This document shows positions 17,832-26,368 of a stretch of 32,000 nt of DNA, piece after piece. The first letter of the stretch is position 1; every line of letters starts with the position of its first letter. This DNA comes from Candidatus Methylomirabilis limnetica (GTDB lineage: Bacteria > Methylomirabilota > Methylomirabilia > Methylomirabilales > Methylomirabilaceae). The stretch lies in the NCBI RefSeq assembly GCF_003044035.1, contig NZ_NVQC01000023.1, forward strand, positions 1 to 32,000, read 5' to 3'. Under the pieces are notes generated by a model. The model saw nothing but the letters and a program-made list of their open reading frames with translations, did not search any database and was not told where the DNA came from. A program made the position numbers and the translations under genes.

Positions 17832-18926
17832 ATGAAGATGGCAGCCAGGGTTCCCGTGACGCTCGGCAGCAGGAGCTACCAGATTGCCGTCGGCAGTGGA
17901 CTGCTGAAGCAACTGGGCGAGCTATGCGGTGAGCTACTCCTAAGCAGGCGAGTCATGATCGTCACGAATCCGGTCGTGGGCCGCCTCTACGGGGCTAATG
18001 CTGCGGCCTCGCTCCGACGAGCTGGATTCCAGGTGGGGATCGCAGAGGTTCTAGCGGGGGAGCGGGCAAAATCGTTGCGCCAGGCGGCTAGTCTGTATCG
18101 GGCCTTGTTGCACAACCGGATGGATCGCCGCTCTGCGGTAGTCGCCTTGGGTGGTGGGGTGATAGGCGACTTGGCAGGGTTTGCGGCGGCAACCTTTCTT
18201 CGAGGCATCCCGTTGATTCATGTTCCGACGACCCTCCTGGCCCAGGTGGACAGTAGCGTCGGCGGGAAGGTCGCCGTCAATCTGCCCGCAGGGAAGAACC
18301 TGGTCGGTGTCTTCCACCAGCCGTCATTGGTCGTGACCGATGTCCAGACGCTGAAGTCGCTGCCGTCGCGACAGATACGGGCGGGGCTGGCCGAGGTGAT
18401 AAAATACGGTATGATCGCGGATCGAGAACTCTTCGCGTATATTGAAACACACCTGGATTCAATCCTGCGGGCAGAGGAAGAGCCTATGACGCATCTGGTG
18501 ACCCGCTCATGTGCGATCAAGGCGGATATCGTCGAACAGGATGAACGAGAGGAGGGGATACGCGCAATTCTCAACTTCGGGCATACGCTGGGCCACGCTC
18601 TTGAGACTGTCGCCGGATACCAACGACTTCTTCACGGTGAGGCAATAGCGATCGGTATGGTGGTGGCGACAATGCTTTCGGTGAACCGAGGCCTTTGCGA
18701 GCGCGAAGATCTGAATAGACTGCGTACGCTCCTTGTGAGGATTGGGCTCCCGATAATGGCATCCGCTACTACGGCCAGCCTTGTACAAACAATGCGTTAC
18801 GACAAGAAGGTGAGAAATCAGGTGATCTATTTTGTCTTAACAAAAGGGATCGGGCATGCTGCAATGGCGGCCATTTCGGATCCTGGTGAGCTGCGAGCGG
18901 CCATCCGTGCAGCGTGGAGATTGTAA
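17832..18926 (+). CDS. aroB: 3-dehydroquinate synthase
   Basis: GGGVIGDLAGFAAATFLRGI and NFGHTLGHALE motifs. ATG 17832 or 17838 follows ggaggggg, and the longest form starts at GTG 17817, overlapping the aroK stop. Confidence 0.93.
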   Translation: MKMAARVPVTLGSRSYQIAVGSGLLKQLGELCGELLLSRRVMIVTNPVVGRLYGANAAASLRRAGFQVGIAEVLAGERAKSLRQAASLYRALLHNRMDRRSAVVALGGGVIGDLAGFAAATFLRGIPLIHVPTTLLAQVDSSVGGKVAVNLPAGKNLVGVFHQPSLVVTDVQTLKSLPSRQIRAGLAEVIKYGMIADRELFAYIETHLDSILRAEEEPMTHLVTRSCAIKADIVEQDEREEGIRAILNFGHTLGHALETVAGYQRLLHGEAIAIGMVVATMLSVNRGLCEREDLNRLRTLLVRIGLPIMASATTASLVQTMRYDKKVRNQVIYFVLTKGIGHAAMAAISDPGELRAAIRAAWRL

Positions 18927-18927
18927 G

Positions 18928-19398
18928 ATGGATGGCGCGAAACGCGAATCGGGAAGACGGGTCCTTGTGTTGAACGGCCCCAACTTAAACCTGTTGGGTC
19001 GTCGTGAACCGGACCAGTATGGTCATACAACACTGAAAGAGATCGAGGATGAACTCCGGTCTTATGCAGCCTCGCAAGTAGCCGAGGTTCGCTTCGTTCA
19101 ATCAAATCACGAAGGCGAACTTATCGATGCTATCCATAAGGCCATCGGATGGGCTGATGCGATGATTGTGAACGCAGCCTCCTTGACTCATTCGAGCGTG
19201 GGACTGCGGGATGCGATCATTGCCGCAGCCATCCCTACGGTCGAAGTGCACCTGTCGAACATCTACCGACGCGAAGAGTTTCGACATCGCTCTCTCATTG
19301 CCGACGTTGCGGCTGGACAAATCACAGGCTTCGGCGCCTTTAGCTATCGGCTCGGGATGGAGGCCGCTCTTTACCTGCTTGATAAAAAGGGATCGTAA
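18928..19398 (+). CDS. aroQ: Type II 3-dehydroquinate dehydratase
   Basis: VLVLNGPNLNLLGRREPDQYG and SNHEGELID motifs. ATG 18928 lies 1 nt after the aroB stop. The ORF-track start at 18856 lies inside aroB. Confidence 0.93.
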   Translation: MDGAKRESGRRVLVLNGPNLNLLGRREPDQYGHTTLKEIEDELRSYAASQVAEVRFVQSNHEGELIDAIHKAIGWADAMIVNAASLTHSSVGLRDAIIAAAIPTVEVHLSNIYRREEFRHRSLIADVAAGQITGFGAFSYRLGMEAALYLLDKKGS

Positions 19399-19437
19399 GG
19401 TGAAGGCTCAGGTCTCGCTAACTCATGGAGAAAAGAG

Positions 19438-19998
19438 ATGATGATCGCTGCAGGAGATCTTCGCTCGGGGGTCAAGGTCGAACTGGACGGAACCCCATAC
19501 GTCGTGACTGACTATCAGTGGGTCAAGCCCGGCAAAGGCGGCGCCTTCATGCGCACCAAGCTGAAGAATATGAAGACCGGCGCCATCAGCGACCGCACCT
19601 TCAGAACCGAAGAGAAGCTTCAGAAGGCGGAGGTGGAGGATCGGAAAGTGCAATTCCTCTACCATGATGGCGATGTCTACCACTTTATGGATACGGAGAG
19701 CTTCGATCAGTTCTCTATTGGCCAGAAAAAGCTAGGAGCGGCTAGTGGCTTCCTCAAGGACGGGATGATCATTTCGGTCCTGTTCTATCGTGGGGAGCCC
19801 GTCGATGTCGTGCTTCCCATCTTTGTCGAGCTCAGGGTGGTCGAGACCGACCCCGGCTTCCGTGGTGACACTGCCTCCGGCGGCTCCAAGCCGGCGACAC
19901 TCGAGACCAACGCCGTGATCCAGGTGCCGCTGTTCATTAACATCGGCGACCTCCTCCGCGTCGATACACGTTCCGGTGCCTATGTGGAGCGAGCCTGA
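19438..19998 (+). CDS. efp: Translation elongation factor P
   Basis: 186 aa. VKPGKGGAFMRTKLKN loop and C-terminal VPLFINIGDLLRVDTRSGAYVERA. Confidence 0.95.
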   Translation: MMIAAGDLRSGVKVELDGTPYVVTDYQWVKPGKGGAFMRTKLKNMKTGAISDRTFRTEEKLQKAEVEDRKVQFLYHDGDVYHFMDTESFDQFSIGQKKLGAASGFLKDGMIISVLFYRGEPVDVVLPIFVELRVVETDPGFRGDTASGGSKPATLETNAVIQVPLFINIGDLLRVDTRSGAYVERA

Positions 19999-20009
19999 TA
20001 ACCGTCTCA

Positions 20010-20169
20010 ATGAACTACCCCGCAGCAAGCTACGGGGTATCGTCTTCTGTTCTGGCCCGTCATTCCGTGCTTGACGAGCCTGCCCCGTACTTGATACGGG
20101 GGAATCCAGTCGGGCCCTCTCTGGATACCGGCTTTCGCCGGTATGACGAACTTGCGGCAAGCTGCTGGG
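20010..20169. repeat. Copy B of the roughly 159-bp repeat core (about 95% identical to 17017-17175)
   Basis: Aligned by eye: atga(a/g)ctaccccgcagcaagctacggggt...gtcattccgtgcttgacgagcctgccccgtacttgatacgggggaatccagtcgggcc...ctggataccggctt(t/c)cgccggtatgacgaac. It differs by a few substitutions and one 2-nt indel. Confidence 0.85.
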
Positions 20170-20170
20170 A

Positions 20171-20878
20171 ATGAGCTCCCAGTGGATTCAAAATCAGTTA
20201 ATAACATCTGGTTTCTCACACCGAGATGGCTTCTTGATTCCTTGGCAGGTATGCCGCTTGTGCGTCATCACCGATCGTGAGCTGCGACCCGGGTTGAGCC
20301 ACGTTGACATTGCGGCGCAAGCCGTAGAGGGTGGCGCATCGATGATCCAGCTCCGGGACAAGACGGCCGGACCTCGTCAGCTTTTGCAGGAGGCACGCCA
20401 GATCGCCAAACTGTGTCGGGAGCGTAGGGTCTGCTTCATTGTCAACGACAGACTGGATCTCGCGCTCGCGGTCGATGCCGACGGGGTCCACCTTGGACAG
20501 GATGACCTGCCGCCCGGGAATGCCCGTGCGCTCCTGGGGGCAAGCAAGATTATGGGGGTTTCGACCCACTCCCTGGAGCAGGCCCTCAGGGCCGCAGAAC
20601 AGGGGGCCGATTATCTCGGTATCGGGCCGATATTCGCGACAGCTACGAAAGCCACCGGGTACGAACCGGTTGGCTGTGATACTATTCGACAACTACGAGC
20701 CAGGATCGATATCCCGATTGTGGCCATCGGCGGCATTAGATTGAGCAACGTCGGAGAGGTCATTCAGAGCGGAGCCGCTGGTGTTGCGGTGATCTCGGAG
20801 ATTGTCGGCGTCGACGATATCACAGCAGCCACCCGGGCTTTCGTGACAGCCATTGAGCAGGCGGAAAGCGGGCGATGA
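20171..20878 (+). CDS. thiE: Thiamine-phosphate synthase
   Basis: VITDRE, GASMIQLRDK, VHLGQDDL, GIGPIFATATK and VAIGGI motifs. The true start is probably downstream (TTG 20234 or 20258), because ATG 20171 abuts the repeat and adds about 25 atypical residues. Confidence 0.88.
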   Translation: MSSQWIQNQLITSGFSHRDGFLIPWQVCRLCVITDRELRPGLSHVDIAAQAVEGGASMIQLRDKTAGPRQLLQEARQIAKLCRERRVCFIVNDRLDLALAVDADGVHLGQDDLPPGNARALLGASKIMGVSTHSLEQALRAAEQGADYLGIGPIFATATKATGYEPVGCDTIRQLRARIDIPIVAIGGIRLSNVGEVIQSGAAGVAVISEIVGVDDITAATRAFVTAIEQAESGR

Positions 20879-20882
20879 CACA

Positions 20883-20916
20883 GCGGAAAGTTATTGATAG
20901 AGCTTTCGCGTTATTT
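20883..20916 (+). terminator. Possible intrinsic terminator after thiE (bulged stem gcggaaag/ctttcgc, then ttattt)
   Basis: Read directly. The stem is imperfect and the T tract is short. Confidence 0.3.
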
Positions 20917-20939
20917 ACTCAGAAAATCCCCTCCCCGTC

Positions 20940-21450
20940 TACCTCCCATGGCCCCTCCTTAGAAAGGAGGGGAACGGCGCGCTGGGTAGCGATTTTCATG
21001 CTGCATGGGTGGCGCCAAAGGCCATGAATATCCCATGGTAAACATTAAAGTTATGCTTGTAGTAACCATTCAGTTACGGGTGGAAAATCTCCCCCCGGCT
21101 TAATACCCCGGCTTAATACATGCCGGGGCAGGGCCGCAGAGGCAGGCTCTAACCCCCCTTTTCCAAAGAGGGGGACTACCCGTTTCCCCCTTTGGAAAAG
21201 GGGGCAGGGGGGTTTTTATGGAGGACACCATGAGACTCCGGAGGGTCGTGAGCAGGACCGGAGGGAGAAACCCCCTTCGATCCCCCTTTGCCAAAGGGGA
21301 AGAACAGGGGACATGTCTGTGCGCGGGTAGGTTCACCCACGGTAATTCCGGAATAACCAAAATACTTTACCCTTCGACAGGCTCAGTATAAGACCCCCTC
21401 TCCCACAGGCGGGAGAGGGTTGGGGTGAGGGGGAGGGGCAACGGCTGTTC
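20940..21450. repeat. Cluster of short palindromic G/C-run elements and small direct repeats filling the thiE-livK spacer
   Basis: Hairpins: cccctcctt-aga-aaggagggg (20952-20972), ccccc-ttt-gga-aaa-ggggg (21186-21204) and cccctttgccaaagggg (21283-21299). Tandem 13-mer ccccggcttaata x2 (21093-21118). cccttcgacaggctcag (21370-21386) matches the arm at 17219-17235. Also ctctcccacaggcgggagag (21397-21416). Confidence 0.75.
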
Positions 21451-21511
21451 GCTGGAATGTGGGGTGCTTGAGTGTGATGATGCTACGGGTAGCTCGATTG
21501 AGGAGGACTGG

Positions 21512-22624
21512 ATGGGACGGCGGTGGTTGTGGCCTTGGAAGGCTCTAGCACTTATCCTGCTCATAGCCGTAAACGCCCATGCGGCCAGCACCATAAAAGT
21601 TGGGGTGGCTGGTCCGCTGACGGGTGATCAGGCTACCTTGGGACAGGAGTTGAAGGGCGGCGCCATCATCGCCGTAGAGGAGTGGAATGCCAAGGGAGGC
21701 CTCCTCGGACGGAAGATCGAGATCGTATGGGGTGACGACCAACACGATCCAAGGCAGGCCGTCGCAGTCGCCAACAAGTTCGTGAATGAAGGGGTCGTCG
21801 GGGTGATCGGCCACTTCAACAGCAGTTGTTCGATTCCAGCTTCCACCATCTATCGTGACGGCAAGGTTGTCCAGCTTACTCCTGCCTCCACCAACCCGCA
21901 GTTCACCGAGCGCGGCTTGTGGAACGTCTTCCGCGTGTGCGGCAGAGACGACCAGCAGGGTGGTGTGGCGGCCAACTTCATTGTGAGGAAGCTGCAGAAG
22001 AGAAGGATCGCGGTCCTGCACGACAAGACCACATACGGACAGGGGCTGGCTGATGAAACCGTGAAGGCCCTTGAGAAGGCCAAGATTAAGCCTGTCTACT
22101 ACGGGGGCGTCACGCAGGGAGAAAAAGACTTCCGACCGGTGCTCACCGCAGTGAGGCTGAGCGATCCTGAAGTCCTCTTTTATGGCGGCATCTATCCAGA
22201 GGCCATTCTGCTTACGAAGCAGATGCGTGAGCTGGGAATGAAGACGGTCTTTATGAGCGGCGACGGCGTCTGGGCAAAAGCGTTCATCGACATTGCCGGC
22301 AAGGCGGCGGAGGGCTCCTTCATCACCTTTACCCCGGACCAAACGAAGATCAAGGAAGCCCAGGAAGTCATCAGGCGGCACAAAGAAAAGTTCGGCACTG
22401 AGGTTGGAGCCTACACCGTATATAGCTATGTGGCTGCCACCCTGCTCTTTGAAGCGATCGCCACGACCCAGTCTACCGATAGCATCAAGATCGCGGACCA
22501 TATCAGGAGGACCAAGTGGAAGACCGCCCTCGGACCGATCCAGTTCGACAAGAAGGGCGATGTCCTCGTGTCGCCCTACGTGATCTGGGAGGTGAAGGAC
22601 GGGAAGTTCGTGGAACTCCAGTAG
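21512..22624 (+). CDS. livK: Branched-chain amino acid ABC transporter substrate-binding protein (LivJ/LivK family)
   Basis: ATG 21512 is preceded by gaggagg. Signal peptide MGRRWLWPWKALALILLIAVNAHA, then IKVGVAGPLTGDQA typical of the family. The ORF-track start at 21425 lies in a repeat. Confidence 0.88.
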   Translation: MGRRWLWPWKALALILLIAVNAHAASTIKVGVAGPLTGDQATLGQELKGGAIIAVEEWNAKGGLLGRKIEIVWGDDQHDPRQAVAVANKFVNEGVVGVIGHFNSSCSIPASTIYRDGKVVQLTPASTNPQFTERGLWNVFRVCGRDDQQGGVAANFIVRKLQKRRIAVLHDKTTYGQGLADETVKALEKAKIKPVYYGGVTQGEKDFRPVLTAVRLSDPEVLFYGGIYPEAILLTKQMRELGMKTVFMSGDGVWAKAFIDIAGKAAEGSFITFTPDQTKIKEAQEVIRRHKEKFGTEVGAYTVYSYVAATLLFEAIATTQSTDSIKIADHIRRTKWKTALGPIQFDKKGDVLVSPYVIWEVKDGKFVELQ

Positions 22625-22648
22625 GTGGGAGGTGACGCGTCACGTGGT

Positions 22649-22685
22649 GGAGGGAAGGGAGCAATCTCTTCCCTCCCTTTGTGTT
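22649..22685 (+). terminator. Candidate intrinsic terminator or attenuator between livK and livH
   Basis: 12-bp stem ggagggaaggga / tctcttccctcc (one G-U pair) closed by a GCAA tetraloop, followed by ctttgtgtt. Confidence 0.5.
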
Positions 22686-22693
22686 GAGCGGAG

Positions 22694-23596
22694 ATGCTGC
22701 TTCAACAGCTGGTGAACGGGCTGACGCTCGGTAGTGTCTATGCATTGATCGCGTTAGGCTACACCATGGTCTACGGGATCATTGGGCTGATCAACTTCGC
22801 CCACGGTGAAATCTACATGTTGGGCGCCTACATGGGGATCGTCACCTTCAGCCTCCTGACCGCCCTCCACCTGACATCCCCTGACTCCGGCGTCACCCTC
22901 CTGCTGATGATGATTGTGGCGATCCTCTTCTGCGGCGCGTACGGCGTCACCATTGAACGGCTGGCCTACAGACCTCTGCGCACTGCCCCGCGTCTGTCTC
23001 CCCTCATCAGCGCCCTGGGGGTCTCTATCTTTCTCCAGAACTTCGTGATGCTGGCGCAGGGACCCAGGGATAAAGGATTCCCTGAGCTGTTCATCCAGGG
23101 CGGGATAGACCTTCCGGGTGGCAGGATCAGCGCGATCCAGCTCTTCATCATGGCCACCTCGGTCCTCATGATGTTCGCGCTTCACCTGCTGGTGCGTCGA
23201 ACAAAGATCGGCAAGGCGATGCGTGCAACCGCTCAGGATCAGCAGATGGCCAGCCTGGTCGGCATCGATGTGAACCAAGTGATCAGTGTGACCTTTCTCA
23301 TTGGCTCGGCGCTCGCGGCAGTGGCCGGGGTCATGGTCGGGATGTACTATGGCCTGATTAATTTCTATATCGGCTACATGGCCGGTATCAAAGCCTTTAC
23401 TGCCGCCGTCCTGGGCGGGATCGGCAGCATTCCGGGCGCGATGATCGGCGGGGTGCTGTTAGGTCTCATCGAAAGCCTTGGGGCGGGCTATATCTCCAGC
23501 GAGTACAAAGACGTGTTTGCGTTTGCCATCCTGGTCCTCGTGCTGATCTTCCGTCCCAGTGGCCTCTTAGGCGAGGATAGCTCAAAGCGTGTCTAG
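22694..23596 (+). CDS. livH: Branched-chain amino acid ABC transporter permease LivH
   Basis: 300 aa. MLLQQLVNGLTLGSVYALIALGYTMVYG matches the LivH N-terminus, and the protein is multi-TM. Confidence 0.92.
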   Translation: MLLQQLVNGLTLGSVYALIALGYTMVYGIIGLINFAHGEIYMLGAYMGIVTFSLLTALHLTSPDSGVTLLLMMIVAILFCGAYGVTIERLAYRPLRTAPRLSPLISALGVSIFLQNFVMLAQGPRDKGFPELFIQGGIDLPGGRISAIQLFIMATSVLMMFALHLLVRRTKIGKAMRATAQDQQMASLVGIDVNQVISVTFLIGSALAAVAGVMVGMYYGLINFYIGYMAGIKAFTAAVLGGIGSIPGAMIGGVLLGLIESLGAGYISSEYKDVFAFAILVLVLIFRPSGLLGEDSSKRV

Positions 23597-25670
23597 GCTG
23601 AACATGCGAGCCCCATCCCGTTCCGCTCTATTGTACCGACGCCCTTTGCTGAGAATCGTCCTGATCAGCCTCTGGCTGGGGCTTCTGTCGCTGCCTCTCA
23701 TGATGGAGATAGAGGCCCCTTATTTTGGGCTGGAACGCCCCCTCATGGTTTCCGGCGTCGCGGTATTGCTCGGCCTCATGCAGTGGCTCGTGTCCCAGTG
23801 GCGGAGAGCATCGCCAGTGTGGATGGATCGCATGATGGAGGCCGGTGGGGCTACAATCCGTAACCTTGCCCAGCGGGTCGATCGTCGCCCACTCTACGCC
23901 TTGGCCCTGGCGTGCGCGGTCGTGATCCCTCTTGGTCTGAACCGGTATCACATCGATGTGCTGACCCAGGTAGGGATCTATGTGACGCTGGCGCTCGGGC
24001 TCAACATCGTCGTGGGCCTGGCCGGACTTCTGAATCTTGGCTACATCGCGTTTTATGCGGTAGGCGCCTATGCCTACGGCCTTCTCGCAACCCGAGTCGG
24101 CCTCTCGTTCTGGGAGGTCCTGCCGCTCGGAGCGACCTTGGCGGCCATCTTCGGCGTCCTCCTCGGCGTCCCGGCCCTGCGTCTGCGGGGAGACTACCTG
24201 GCTATTACGACCCTGGGGTTCGGTGAGATAATCCGTATCGTTCTGAACAATTGGGATAGCTTCACGGGAGGGCCCAACGGGATCATCGAAATCCCGCGTC
24301 CAAGCCTCTTCGGGTTCACCTTTTTCCACCCGATCCACTACTATTACCTGATCCTGGCGATTGTTCTCCTGACCATCTTCGTGGTTGATCGACTTAATCA
24401 GTCGCGTCTCGGCCGCGCCTGGACCGCGATGCGCGATGACGAGGTCGCCGCTGAGGTGATGGGCATCGACCTGGTCAAGACGAAGCTCCTCGCGTTCAGT
24501 CTTGGCGCGACCTGGGCAGGACTCGCGGGCGTTTTCTTTGCGAGTAAAATGACATTTATCTCTCCGGAGAGCTTCACGTTTTTCGAATCGGTCATCGTCC
24601 TGTGCATGGTGGTGCTCGGCGGGATGGGAAGTGTGCCAGGAGTGATCCTGGGCGCGGCGATGCTGCTGATCCTGCCTGAACTGATGCGGCAGTTTGCACA
24701 ATACCGTATGCTGGTGTTTGGAGCTGCCATGATCGCGATGATGGTGATGCGGCCGGAGGGGCTGCTCGCCGCACGTCGCCGCGCGGTCCCCCTATGGCGT
24801 AAGGAGGTTTCTCGCGCCACGGTAGTGAGCGGGCCCCAGGCCCCTTCGACGGGGTTAGGACAAGTCTGTCCAGCCTTACAGTTTCCGCAAGACGCGAGCA
24901 TGACCCTCCTTGCAACACGAAAGCTGTCAGTAGACTTTGGTGGTCTCCGAGCGCTTGATATGGTCGATCTGAGCGTAAAGGCGGGGGAAATCGTCAGCCT
25001 GATCGGCCCCAACGGGGCCGGCAAAACCACCTTTTTCAATTGCGTGACCGGCCTCTGTGTTCCAACTTCTGGAGAGGTTCTCTATCGCGGGCAGAACATG
25101 GTTGGCCTGAGGCCGAACCAGGTCACGGCGAAAGGGGTGACCCGCACCTTTCAAAACATTCGGCTTTTTCGGGATATGACGGTACTCGAGAACGTCATGG
25201 TAGGACGCCACTGTCGGATGCACGCCTCGGTTGTCGGCGCCATCTTTAGACCGAAAGGCGTACTTACTGAAGAAGAGGAGTTGGTGGCGAAGGCGCGCGA
25301 CCTGCTTCGATTCGTGGGTCTCGAGGAAAAGACCGATCTGTGGGCAAGCGAGCTCCCATATGGCGATCAGCGTCGGCTTGAGATCGCGAGAGCGATGGCG
25401 AGCGACCCGACCCTATTGCTCCTGGATGAGCCGGCCGCAGGGATGAATCCCCAGGAGACCAACGCCCTCATGGATTTGATCTATTTGATTCGCGCACGCG
25501 GCATCACCGTTCTGCTCATCGAGCACCATATGAAGGTGGTCATGGGCATCTCTGAGCGAGTGGTAGTTCTCGACCACGGGGTCAAGATTGCTGAAGGCAC
25601 ACCGGAGGCGATCAGAGCGGATTCCAGAGTGATTGACGCCTATCTGGGGAAGGAGTCGATACGTGCTTAG
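23589..25670 (+). CDS. Fused branched-chain amino acid ABC transporter permease and ATP-binding protein (LivM-LivG in one 693 aa polypeptide)
   Basis: N-terminal about 400 aa: LivM-like TM core (GLNIVVGLAGLLNLGYIAFYAVGAY). C-terminal about 255 aa: Walker A GPNGAGKTT, signature-like YGDQRRLEIARA and Walker B LLLLDEPAAGM. One open frame. The start is GTG 23589 or ATG 23604. Confidence 0.88.
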   Translation: MSRLNMRAPSRSALLYRRPLLRIVLISLWLGLLSLPLMMEIEAPYFGLERPLMVSGVAVLLGLMQWLVSQWRRASPVWMDRMMEAGGATIRNLAQRVDRRPLYALALACAVVIPLGLNRYHIDVLTQVGIYVTLALGLNIVVGLAGLLNLGYIAFYAVGAYAYGLLATRVGLSFWEVLPLGATLAAIFGVLLGVPALRLRGDYLAITTLGFGEIIRIVLNNWDSFTGGPNGIIEIPRPSLFGFTFFHPIHYYYLILAIVLLTIFVVDRLNQSRLGRAWTAMRDDEVAAEVMGIDLVKTKLLAFSLGATWAGLAGVFFASKMTFISPESFTFFESVIVLCMVVLGGMGSVPGVILGAAMLLILPELMRQFAQYRMLVFGAAMIAMMVMRPEGLLAARRRAVPLWRKEVSRATVVSGPQAPSTGLGQVCPALQFPQDASMTLLATRKLSVDFGGLRALDMVDLSVKAGEIVSLIGPNGAGKTTFFNCVTGLCVPTSGEVLYRGQNMVGLRPNQVTAKGVTRTFQNIRLFRDMTVLENVMVGRHCRMHASVVGAIFRPKGVLTEEEELVAKARDLLRFVGLEEKTDLWASELPYGDQRRLEIARAMASDPTLLLLDEPAAGMNPQETNALMDLIYLIRARGITVLLIEHHMKVVMGISERVVVLDHGVKIAEGTPEAIRADSRVIDAYLGKESIRA

Positions 25671-26367
25671 GCTGCAAGAGGTGCATGCCCATTATGGCGC
25701 CATCCATGCCCTGAGGGGCGTAAGCCTTGAAGTAGAGGAGGGTCAGATCGTCACGCTTATCGGCGCCAACGGGGCTGGAAAATCCTCTACATTGATGGCC
25801 ATCTCCGGAATCATCAGACCAACCGCCGGACGGATCATCTTCGAGGGAGAGGACCTGACCCATCTTCCATCACATGCTATCGTCAGGCGTGGTATCTCGC
25901 AGGTCCCGGAGGGGCGGAGAATCTTTCCAAAACTGACCATAATGGAAAATCTGGAGATGGGGGCCTATACCCGCGCTGATACAGCGCAGATCCGTCAGGA
26001 CCTTGATCGGGTATTTTTGCTCTTCCCGCTGCTCAAAGACCGCCAGTCCCAACTGAGCGGAACCCTCTCGGGCGGGGAACAGCAAATGCTGGCCATCGGC
26101 CGTGCCCTGATGGCGCGCCCACGGCTTCTGCTGCTGGATGAACCCTCGCTCGGGCTGGCCCCCAAATTGGTGGAGACGATCTTCGAGGTGATTCGAGAGA
26201 TTAATGCGCAAGGTACCACGATTATGCTTGTCGAGCAAAACGCACACATGGCCCTGCGAGTCGCAGCCAGGGGGTACGTCATGGAGGTCGGTCTGATCGT
26301 GCTGACGGATGAGGCAGAAAACCTCATGGCAAATGAGAAGGTCCGAAGCGCCTATCTTGGGGAGTAG
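25663..26367 (+). CDS. livF: Branched-chain amino acid ABC transporter ATP-binding protein LivF
   Basis: The GTG 25663 start gives (M)LRLQEVHAHYGAIHALRGVSL, typical of LivF. GANGAGKSS, LSGGEQQMLAIGRAL and LLLLDEPSLGL motifs. The ORF-track start at 25633 overlaps livG further. Confidence 0.92.
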   Translation: MLRLQEVHAHYGAIHALRGVSLEVEEGQIVTLIGANGAGKSSTLMAISGIIRPTAGRIIFEGEDLTHLPSHAIVRRGISQVPEGRRIFPKLTIMENLEMGAYTRADTAQIRQDLDRVFLLFPLLKDRQSQLSGTLSGGEQQMLAIGRALMARPRLLLLDEPSLGLAPKLVETIFEVIREINAQGTTIMLVEQNAHMALRVAARGYVMEVGLIVLTDEAENLMANEKVRSAYLGE

Positions 26368-26368
26368 T

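Noticed and set aside
20059-20170. TPP riboswitch upstream of thiE, suggested by ctggataccggc...gccggtatgacg, which faintly recalls the ctgaga/ataccagc core.
   Set aside because: The same sequence recurs upstream of aroK (17127-17155), so it is part of the dispersed repeat. The conserved CUGAGA and ACCUGAUCUGGAUAAUGCCAGCG features are not present.
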